Source of the DNA: Spongospora subterranea f. sp. subterranea
Lineage: Eukaryota
Length of the DNA: 64,000 nucleotides
Assembly: GCA_049724395.1 (NCBI GenBank)
Contig: JAUGWO010000024.1
Coordinates: forward strand, 62,001 to 126,000
Reading direction: 5' to 3'
Under the pieces are notes generated by a model that worked only from the letters and a program-made list of their open reading frames with translations, ran no database searches and was not told the DNA's origin. Shown here in pieces: positions 53,846 to 64,000 of this stretch (within the stretch, counting starts at the first letter, position 1; each line of letters begins with the position of its first letter). Made by a program: the position numbers and the translations under genes.

Positions 53846-55277
53846 ACGCCTTCTTCGCATTATCAACTCTGTTAGATCTCATTTTTTCAGATAGAGCGGA
53901 TGTCAAGCGATACTGATCATCGTCAATTGATAGAATTGTGGCTGCAGGAACGAATGCGAGTTCGGATGCTGTCTTCGAAAACGCTCCCTCTGTCCGTCTG
54001 ATCAAAGTATCAGATGAAAACGGGCGATCCCACGTTTCTGAGGTCGATTCCCTTTGGGTTTTGCGCTTGAAAGCGTTCATTATTGTGGGAAGGAGACACT
54101 GTTGCAGTTCTCAGCATCTGGATTTAGGAGAGCGTACTGAGGATAAAAAATACGGTGGGTGTGACACTATATATCGAGAGATACACCAAAACTTAAATGA
54201 GCGACCAGGTCGTTGCTGGAAACGGATTGCCCAACGGGGATCCATCACGCAGTGCATCACGTAATTCGTGATTCATTCCATGAAAAGAATAATTGCACAA
54301 TCGCTCAAAGCAATTTGTTGATGGAGAATCTGCGCCCGCACGGGATCCCTTAAAAGTTAGATAGGACCAGGATTGTTGCAGCGAAGCGAATACTTTGAAT
54401 TGTTCGTTTGATGAACATTATCCGGCGTCGCCGAAGGGCAAAACGACACCAGCCTATGCAACGCGGGTTCGATTAGCATCAAAACCCATTTGTTGGTTGA
54501 TCATCGCTTTGTTGGTTGATCATCGCTGGCTATGGCGGCAAAATCAGTTGGAAAACGTATATTATTATTCCAAAATGGGAAATAGTTGATGAAGACCATT
54601 TCATTGATTTAGCGGGTGGGCCACGATATAAACAATTTTCTTCAGACTGTAGTCGAGCGAATATCCCGCAATCTAGCCAGACGACGAGCTGAGGCGTCTC
54701 TCGCCGACATGGTTTGGTGCTAATCGAACCCGCGTTGCATAGGTTGTGTGTTTTTGCACTTCGGCGATGGCGGATAATGTTTATCACACGAACAATGCAA
54801 TCCTATCAACTTTCAAGGGATCCCCTGCGTGCGCAGATTCTCCATCAACAGATTGTTTTGAGCGATTGTGCAATTATTGTTTTTGACGGAATTGATCACG
54901 ATTACGTGATGCACTGCGTGAGGGATCCCCGTTGGGCAAAGCAAGGACCTGGTCGTTCAGCAAAGTTTTGGTGTATCTCTCGATAATGGTGTCACACCCA
55001 ACATGTTTTTTGATCCTCAGTACGCTCTCCTTTATCCAGATGCTGAGAACTACAACAGTGTCTCTTCTACCACCATAATGAACGCTTTCAAGCGCAAAAA
55101 CCATTTTATCGGATACTTTGATCAGACGGACAGAGGGAGCGTTTTCCGAGGACAGCATCCGGACTCGCATTCGTTCCTGCAACCACAATTCTATCGATTG
55201 ACGATGATCAGTATCGCTTGACATTAGCTCTATCTGAAGAAATAAGATTTACTAGAGCTAACAATGCGAAGAAGGCG
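53846..55277. mobile_element. PiggyBac-like transposase relic present as an inverted duplication (about 53846-54385 / 54808-55277)
   Basis: TILSIDDDQYRLTS motif. The arms are diverged reverse complements giving mirrored ORFs (MNAFKRK; ENAPSVRLIKVSD). Confidence 0.4.
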
Positions 55278-55689
55278 TTGGAATAGTCTCAACCAATGTT
55301 CTATCTTGGCCAACTGGGCTGCTTCTAGTCTAGGGATAAGCCTGTTATTTTAAAAAGTGACAGCTTTGCAGATGTGGTTCATATGCTTCTCTTGCTTATT
55401 TTTTTCAGGGCAACTGCGTCATGAAGAGTCCGCGCGAGGATTGAAATTACACAATCGCTCAAAGTAATTGTTGATTATCAACCATCTGGCGTTACTACAA
55501 ACCGCCAAGATCTCTGTTTTGGCTGTTATCATGAGTTCGTTGTCCGAACCAGTTGTCAATAGGCTTATTCCTTCAGGAAGATTAATGTGCTTCCATCCAT
55601 CCTCCAACCCATTGTCAGATGTGCACATCACTTCGGCAAGTTCGTCGTCCCTCTTCGAAAAGACGCCTAGTCGGCAATGGTTGGGGTTT

Positions 55690-57480
55690 TTTCGTCATCG
55701 ACGTCAAAGGTGAAGATATTTTTGGCGAAGGCTACGATGAACTCCCTGTATAAGTTAGCAAAGTCTAGGAAACTTTCGACGTCCATGGCTGTTGATGGTT
55801 TCGCCCAGTCGAGGATAGTCTCCGCCTTACTTGGGTCCATCCTTTTTGCTGTTGTCGGTCACCAAATACCCGAGGAATTCGACTTCCTGAGCGTCGAACA
55901 CGCATTTTTTTTTCGAGTTTTGCTCATGAACCTGCTGAACGCAACTTGGTAGTCGAACATCAACGTCGTGTTGCAGCGCGCTCTCCGAGTAGATAAAGTG
56001 TCGTCGAGGTAAACAACCACAAATTTGTCGAGGTGTTCATGGAGGACGTCGTTCATAAACCTCTGAAACTACCACCGGGATTGTTCATTAGACCAATCGG
56101 CATTACCGTATACTCGAAATTTCGATATTTGCAACACCATGCAATCTTCCACTCGTCGCCGTCCTTGATTTGGAGGAGATTGTAAGCGCCTCGTAGATCG
56201 GATCTTTGTGAAGTTTTTGGCAGAAAACAGTTGGGCCAGAATATTTTGGATAACAGTAAAAGGATATGGCTTCTTCTTGTTTATATTGTTGACATCGCGG
56301 TAGCCGACGCACAGTCGGAGGCTGTTGTCCTTCTTCTTCACAAAAAGTATTGGTGATCCTAACGGTGATTGGAGTGGTACTTCAGGTTGTCTTCGACGTA
56401 CTCTCGCAAAACTTTTTGTTCGGTCTGGCCGAGATTGTAGACCTTGTATGGCAGCGGGCCAATTTCCTTTTTAAAATTGATGGCGCAATCGTATGTGCAT
56501 ATGGGGGCAGTTGATCAGCGTTAATTTTTTCGAACACGTCCTGAAAATTGTCACACTTTTGGGGGATTTCGATATCCGTTGAAGGAGCTGCATTCGCTTT
56601 GGTGTTGCCATGGCCTATCAGTATACAGGTGAGCACTCTTGTCGGTAATACTGTAGGAAGGCGTGGGGTGATTGTACTGGCCCTCCAGTCAATCTGTGGG
56701 TTTTTAGTTCGGGAAGCCATGACCTCCCCTGTATAATGGGATAGGAAGTAAGCCCGTTCAATGACATGAGGCTGGTGAACGATTGATGCCCGCGATCTCT
56801 AGTCGTAGTGGCAATGTTCGATGGGTAATAGAAGAGAGTCTGCGACCATCGATAACTTCAACAGATAACGGTCTAGGATGTTGGACGAACGGATTGCCGT
56901 TTTGTCCAACATCCTAAACCGAAAATGCCGTTTCGTTTGGCAAAGGTGGCGGCGATAGAAGCAGAGGACGCGCCACTATTGATCAAACAATGAAGTTGGG
57001 TAGATTGACATTGCTGCCATGATACGGTAATAAGGGGACTGAATAATTTCTCGCACGAATTATCCACAAATGACGATGCTAATCGGAGAGGTGGCTCAGT
57101 CGGTAGGTCGGACTTGATGATGTATTGGATGAGCGGCGGTTTCGGTTTGCGAATAGGGGGCAGTTTACGGTAGGGTGGCCGGCATCACAACAGTACATGC
57201 ACAGATTGTGTTCACGGCGCCGCGCTCGTTCCGACTCATCCAGTCGCGGGCGGGCGGTGGTTCTGAACGAATCAATTATCATGGTGTCGGACCCATTACC
57301 AACCTCAGGGCGGCGTTGAGGTTGTGCGCGCACATGACCTCGACACTCCTGGGCGCGTTCAAACAGGCGATCGCCGCATTTGAAGGCCGTCACGATTACA
57401 CCGGGCAAGTCGGCTGGCTCAGAGCACGCCAACAGCAGATCTTTGACATCCTCGTTGAGGCCCTTTCGGAACACGAAATC
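55690..57480 (-). mobile_element. Ty3/gypsy relic (gag-protease-RT)
   Basis: FRKGLNEDVKDLL, knuckle CMYCCDAGHPTVNC, LINSGAS, KKKDNSLRLCV, FVVVYLDD. Many frameshifts. Confidence 0.85.
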
Positions 57481-57549
57481 TTGGTCTTGATCTTTCTCTC
57501 TTCTCTTTGTTCATCTTTCACATGCACCTTGTTCTCTACCATCTTCTCG

Positions 57550-59600
57550 GTTTACGTACAGTTATTCTCCACCACATCTCTCAGTTCTCTACCATCTTCC
57601 CCGATTTTACAACACCAGTGATTATTATGGTGAAACAATACTGCTTTAGTCGCAAATTGTCCTTCAAGTAGTTTCTTTGCTTGAAGTAAAATTTCACTAC
57701 TTGCTTCTTCAATGTTGACGCCATAGCCAAGAATGCGGTGCATTGCTTCATTCAGCATTGGGAGTCCATATCTGAAAATTCAGGTATTGCGGTTAGCTTC
57801 GGCTCCTGAGCATTTGCCATCTCATGCTGTCGTAATCGGCATCAAGCTATTTTACCTGTGGTTGTCCAGCTGACCACTTTTTTCACGCCCGCAGCTGGTG
57901 CATCTCTTTTGTAGCTTGGCTGGACGTTTCGTTAGACGTGAATGATTACTAACATCTGCATTCGTTATATGTCGGCCGCGTTGGGCTGGCCCACGTGCTG
58001 GAGCTACATGGAACTGAAAAGACAGCGGTGCCTTAAACTGCCAATGAAGTTTCAAGAACTCCTTGGGACGATCGTGTATTCAGCAGATTGCTGATTGCTA
58101 AACGAATTCGCTTGAAAAGATTGGAAACTTTTGTCGCGAAAGCAACAAGATGCTTGAAGAGTGCGGTGAAACGAGTGGTTCCATCTCGAGGATATGTGAT
58201 TTGAGCATATGCATCAGCGACAACGTCATATTGATCATTCATTGCTTGTGATTGGATTCAACCACTTCCTGACGAAGATGCTGTGAGCAAATTCAGTCAA
58301 TGGATGATGCCGGATTTGCCATCGCCTAAAAAAATTTTCAATCTATAAGCGTAGTCGGCTCAGAATCAACATTCAAATCGTCCTGGTCTGCAGTGTCATT
58401 AATACAGCACAGAACTAACATTCGATTCGTCTCACACCATTGATACTATTATCCAGAGCGGGAACAGAATTCAACTCATCGCAATCATTCAGAGCTGCGA
58501 AATGTCAACCAGGTCAGAAACAGGCGGAAACACAGAATTTTCCAATGGGCCAGAGTCCGGTGCAATTTCCACCTCAGCATAAACATCTGATATACTCCGT
58601 TCAATTGCAATGGATCAAACATAAGAGAGGGCGTTCCACATAATCAACGAAGCTGGCAATGGCGGATGTGCCACACGTGAACTGACAGTGCGCATCAGTC
58701 GACTGACAATGTCACGGGACCCATGTCTTGACTTGCAATGCCCATGACACTGTTACGCATCAGTCGACTGACGTGATGAGTCGCCAACACTGTAGTTGCG
58801 ACTTGCGACTGATCCATCAGTCGCGACGTGCGCACTGTCAGTGCACGTGTTGCACATCCGCCATCTTTCCGCCAATCAATCCCGCAAGATCGCCACAAAT
58901 TGCAATTGTCAGCATGGAAAGCATAGGGTCCAGCAGATTCGCAACTTTCGTGCGAAGCCTTCACAACCTCGACATGTTGCTGTGCGTCATCATTGATGAA
59001 GTGCATTTGGTGCTGCAGAAACTTCAGGTACGATACAAATCGGCGTAATTGAGTTCAAATATCAGGAGTGTCATGGGCATTGCAAGTCAAGTTCGACCAA
59101 CAGCTGTTCCGCAGATCGCCTTGACAGGTCAGGTTGATGTTTAAGAAGATGTCTCAGACACCAATATTTCAGCGCAGCAACGCTGCCGCCTTCACGTGTA
59201 CAAGAACTAGAGAATCGTCTGGGCGCCCAATTCACTGTCATTCGGTTCTCACGTGAAGGCGGCAGCGTTGCTGCGCTGAGATATTGGTGTCTGAGACATC
59301 ATCTTAAACATCAACCTGACTTGTCAACGCGATCAGCGGAACAGCTGTTGATCGAACTTGACTTGCAATGCCCATGACACTCCTATGAAACGGGATATTT
59401 GAACTCAATTACGCCGATTTGCATCGTACCTGAAGTTCTGCAGCACCAAATGCACTTCATCAATGATGACGCACAGCAACATGTCGAGGTTGTAAAGGCT
59501 TTCGCACGAAAGTTGCGAATCTGCTGGAACCTATGCTTTCCATGCTGACAATTGCAATTTGTGGCGATCTTGCGGGATTGAGTTGTGGGCCTCAAAATTG
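57550..59600. pseudogene. Scrambled RecQ-like (telomere-linked-helicase type) element relic
   Basis: QIAIVSMESIGSSRFATFV...CVIIDEVHLV and VPQIALTG (SF2 motifs II/III) on both strands. PARG motif at about 58000 (-), as seen in fungal TLH-type proteins. Confidence 0.5.
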
Positions 59601-59829
59601 GAAAGAATTGTGGGTTTCTCTAAACCTCCTGGCGATGTCCAGTTTAAGAGCAATCAAAGGAACGATAAGAACGATGGTTTTGTTCTGAACCACAGAAGGA
59701 ATCAGAAATGTAATGCCCATGACACTCTTATGAAACGTGATATTTGAACTCAATTACGCCGATGTGGTTTCTTATCGTTCCCCTCATTGCTCTTAAATTG
59801 GACATCGCCAGGAGGCTTATAGAAACCGA

Positions 59830-61140
59830 CATTTTTTGTGAGTCCGACTTGTGTCTAATTCGAGTCTGTCGAGAGCCATGTGAGTCCGACTAAAACACAA
59901 ATGAATCTGTCAGATCAGTTTGAAACAGATTTTACAAGCGAACTCATTGGCGATATCCTGTTTATGAATTTGTTGTAGGCTTGATCTCTTTCTTTAACTT
60001 CGTCATTGTCGTGGTCTTCATCGGGATTGGGAACTTTGGAAGGGACTGCTTTCATTCCTATATCGGCACATGCTACGACGTTTCAACAATGAAGCTATAC
60101 TTCAAGTTCATAACTTGATTCATCACTTTTACGAATGAAACGGCGAAGACTGGCCGTCCTGTACTGAATATTGTGGATTGCCGCAAGGTTTCAGTCGCCG
60201 GAGAGTGTGGCGGCTGTTCCATCTGTCGGTTCTTTTTCAATGTTGATGGACTCTATGATGCTGGTTTAAGCAGTAAGGAACGACCATCGAAAGACTTTAC
60301 TGCAGAGAAGACACTGGCCAGTTGTTAACTGCCCCTGTCAGGACTGAAGAAATCGCAACCCAATTCGTCAGGGAATATTACAGCGGCTGTCAAAACCACA
60401 ATGGCGAGAGCCTTTTGACGGCCCATCTGTGAAAGTAAGGTACTATGATGGCACAAGGCCATCATTCTCGGGTTTTATATACCTAAGACTTTTGGATCAT
60501 GACAATTCCAGCGGCTTTCCATAAATGGGACCAGCTGATACTCCTGAACGCTGTTAGCGAAGCCTTGATAAATATCCCTCATTGCTTCAGCGTTGGAAAG
60601 ACTGAACCAAAATTCTGATGTTCCACAAACCTTCAACGCTGTTGAAAACTCAGCATCTGTTCGGTTTCTTCGCAGACAGCATCTCCAAGGCTGCGCGAAC
60701 ACGAAGCAGTGACACAAAACAACCCTGCATAGAATTCCTTATGGTTTCACAAAGTGATACAAGCGCCAAAGTTTTCCCGTATGTTTCCATGAGCAGGTCC
60801 CTGACACGCACCAGCAATTTTGAGGATGACTGGTTCATGCAAGCGACCGCTCGCATTGCCTGCGAGGCGACCTCATGAAAAAAAAAACAGTTTTCAAAAT
60901 TGCCTTGACCAGATTGTTGATGTCATGCGCAAAACAATTTACTGTAGAAAGACGAAAGTACAAGATATCGGCGAGCGCGTCCACACTGAGCGGCATTGTC
61001 AGTGACGACGACACTTAACTTCCAGCCCGATTCCACCATTTCGATCATGATGTTCTCCATCTGTTCAACGATAGCAATGGCATCATGACTGCTTCCAACA
61101 GGGAACAACCCATACGTGATGTTGACACCAAACATACCCA
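59830..61140 (-). mobile_element. hAT (DUF659-type) transposase relic
   Basis: SHDAIAIVEQMENIMIEM..GWKLSVVVTDNAAQCGRARR, NSMQGCFVSLLRV and ESRWN. GAGTCCGAC repeats at 59838-59891 resemble those at 1095-1160. Confidence 0.7.
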
Positions 61141-61627
61141 GAGATGAGCGTCAATTCCGTCCTTGACCAATTCAGGTTCAGAAAAAGAATGGGGTCCTCA
61201 GCATGTGCTTTCAAACAGTGAATAAAATCGAAACAATGCACCGCCTTCTCGATTTCCCTGATAGAAAGACAGTGATTATTGAAGCCGTCGACCGGTTATC
61301 TGCTCTTGTCATTGACGGTTTTGACCAAAGAAAGGAGATGTGCATGAACGGCCTCTCGAAGTACGATTGTACGCACTTTTAAACTGCGTGGGTTGTTATT
61401 GGATGGGTAAACTGGGAGTAAATTCGTACAGTACAGCTCATACATAACGGTTTCGGTGAGCAAATTGTGGCTTTTGGTCATCGATTATTCTTTCCGTGCG
61501 CACTTCCGTTTTTCGCGCATATTTAGCTTTATTTGCGCACGAATATTTGAAAATTGACTTGAAATGTCCGGTACTGGGTAGAGTCTACCACAGGAGTTGG
61601 CCGGTCAGGGTCTGCATCATTGCCATC

Positions 61628-62779
61628 ATGACAAAGGGAACATACACATGGACACATTTTTTGTTGGATAACTTCACGATAATCATCCCGTATTTATCTT
61701 CGACTGACTTGTCGGTGTTTCCCTGTTTATCCACACAAATATCTGCAGGTAATCGCCTTCCCATTTACTTCGATACTGCTCATATGGGGGTTATCCAGAT
61801 TTACAAAATCGAGGCCCGCAGTTCTGGATGCGGTTATACAGGGCTTATTTTGAATGTTCTCCATGTCCTTCTTTACGCCTAACATATCTTAAAGATTATA
61901 TCTGTGAAGCTAGCAAACTTCTCATTCAAAACACAAATCGTGACTTGTTCCGCCTGGAATACATACCTCCGTTCACCACGATCAAGACTTTCTGCCATAG
62001 CTATTGCTACAGAGCGACCCATTGTGAGATAACGACAGCAGATGAAGAGATCATCAACATCGATCCGAATAACACCTCGCAATGTATTAATACGCTCTTA
62101 CGGCCAGGACACATTGTTCAGATTTGGAGTGAAATCCGAGGGCAACTCGCGTATCCAAAACTGGTTTATGTGTGTCGAGGAAAGGATCATCACATATTGC
62201 GGTTTAATCGGTTGTCACACGAGTCGCCATCGATTCACGACCCCATTGCCGATCAATATCCGTCAATAGCCAGATATTTACACACCGGTCGACTATGGAC
62301 GTTGTGTCATGATTTTCAGAAGGTTCTCCTGAGAAGTCGTTCACGGCGAACCCACCGTTATTATAATAACTTCACCGATATGATCGATATCTTCAAGCTA
62401 CTCGAGTATCGGTTGTCCCGTGGCAATCGAGCACCACAGGTTGAGGGCTTTGCGAGTGTCGACCTGTCCTTTCCGAGTTTGTACTGGTGGATTAGATTTT
62501 TTGGGACGGAAGCAGGCACGAATATCCTCGCGATTCTTTCGGAGTCGTCTTCTTTTTATCTGGCAAATACTGGATACGGCCGTATTTATTCCTGTATCAC
62601 CAGACGTGGTCTGGCCATCCCCGGTTCGAGGATTCCACACGCTGCATGAACTTTTTACAGAATTAAATCGGATCGGGGAAATTCTTCACGGGCTCGTCAG
62701 AACTTCCCCCGAGGTTTTGAATTCCTTGAACAGACACGTTGCTCCTGATGTTCATCCGCACCAACGTCAGGTTGTTTGA
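61628..62779 (+). pseudogene. F-box-like/ubiquitin-like family paralogue 4 (intron 61749-61798); two 1-nt frameshifts near 62500 and 62587
   Basis: Same architecture. Both lesions are single T losses in T-runs relative to paralogues 1 and 3, so they may be sequencing errors. Confidence 0.75.
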
Positions 62780-63219
62780 CGTTTAGGCCACGTTCCATAT
62801 AAATAAATTATATTTATCCTGTCCCGTCGTCTAATTGTTAAGAAGAGTTCTGGTCGATTTGTTCATCAATTCTGCGTTATGTTTGGGAGTAGGTATTAGC
62901 CGCTGGTGCTCGGTTGTAGATGAATCCAATTCATTATACGCACTCCTACTTGTTTCCACTCAACTTTTAGGGCAAGTTAGGGGGCCACACATGGCTCTAG
63001 TGCCAATCACGTCATTCATTGATCGTCGGGCTATCCAAGTTGCAAAAATTCAGATATTTTTTGTTTTCCGTGACGACATGCTAACGATGCATAAGAATTT
63101 TGAACAAAAAAAGATTCAGAATGGATAAGACGAATAAACGTCACACGCCAGACTTTCTAACTTCTCTAAAGTAATTACGTGATAATATTCTAATACTCTA
63201 CACAATTGCGGATTATAGG

Positions 63220-63560
63220 TTCTGTGCAGTGGACCGGCCCAAATCAAATTGTGAAATCGCTGTCCGACTTAACGGTATATGAGAACAACATTCCAACCGA
63301 CTAAAGTTCTATGAAATTCTTTCCGGGGACACTAACCAAGAATTACGGTTGCAGGTTGCACATGATGGTGCCGAATTTGAGATTGAGGCGAACCTGGATG
63401 GTCGCCTCAAAAATGGTAACTGGCAACTGCTAATGGAAGGTGAGAGTGTGAAGAAGGTCTAGACCACCTGCTCAAGGAGGGTTCCGTATTTTTTATGAAA
63501 GCCCTATCTCCAAAACGTCGAGCTGCGAGAAAGGCGGAGCGCCAGATTACAGGAGTCAGC
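63220..63560 (+). mobile_element. Gypsy integrase GPY/F plus chromodomain fragment
   Basis: VQWTGPNQIVKSLSDLTVYE and EFEIEANLDGRLKNGNWQLL. Confidence 0.5.
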
Positions 63561-63790
63561 AATGTGTCTGACTTGGTTGAACTTGGTCAATTGAAAATGA
63601 CGTAGGGCACTCTCAAATAAATCACTTAGTAGTTATCTCAAAACTGTGGTAATTGGCCGCTTGTCCCAAAAATATGCAGGATTTGAGAAAAAGCAGCACC
63701 CCTTTTCAACAATCTCCGGTCAACCGTTGTGTATAACTGTGGGAATGCGAGCCAGAGAAATACAAACGCTTTCTTATCCAGACCACTGTG

Positions 63791-64000
63791 ATGGCAATAG
63801 GATGGCAACGGGAACAGGGAACTTGCACATTGACACGTTTTTTGTTGGATAACCTCAAGTCGATCATCCCGTATCTTGATGCAATTGAGTTGTCGGTATT
63901 CCCCTGCTTATCGACTCAGATATCTGCAGGTAATCGCCTTCCGATTTACTTCGAAACTATTCATATTGGGAGTTATCCAGATTTTCAAAATCGAAGCCCA
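63791..64000 (+). CDS. F-box-like/ubiquitin-like family paralogue 5, 5' part (intron 63930-63980), runs off the window
   Basis: ATG 63791 is open into FLLDNLKSIIPYLDAIELSVFPCLSTQISA, followed by the same GTAATC..CCAG intron. Confidence 0.8.
   Translation, partial: MAIGWQREQGTCTLTRFLLDNLKSIIPYLDAIELSVFPCLSTQISAGNRLPIYFETIHIGSYPDFQNRSP

Overview
Eukaryotic nuclear DNA (roughly 45-50% GC by eye, compact genes with about 50-56-nt GT-AG introns) from a flagellated protist. It would fit a plasmodiophorid-type plant parasite, but that is inference only. Islands of host genes alternate with degenerate transposon fields. Host genes: small secreted basic protein, secreted AsaB/CmcJ-type dioxygenase, Cdc24-like OB-fold protein, RSPH10B-like MORN protein, rhodopsin-like membrane protein, HerA/FtsK-type ATPase, copine, nucleolin-like protein and an ankyrin protein. 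Transposon relics: hAT, Ty3/gypsy, Ty1/copia, DD39D mariner, Harbinger-Myb, CRE-like LINE, piggyBac-like and RecQ/TLH-like. Main highlights: (1) five co-oriented paralogues of a family I cannot name, with an F-box-like exon, a ubiquitin-like domain and an unknown C-terminal domain; (2) more than a dozen diverged local inverted duplications confined to TE-derived or intergenic DNA; (3) a chromovirus bounded by both LTRs whose PBS pairs with its own LTR (Tf1-type self-priming); (4) a signal-peptide-bearing 2OG-Fe(II) dioxygenase of the family containing GA4 desaturase; (5) a HerA-like ATPase preceded by a tandem hairpin array. All domain calls were made by eye and repeat boundaries are approximate.
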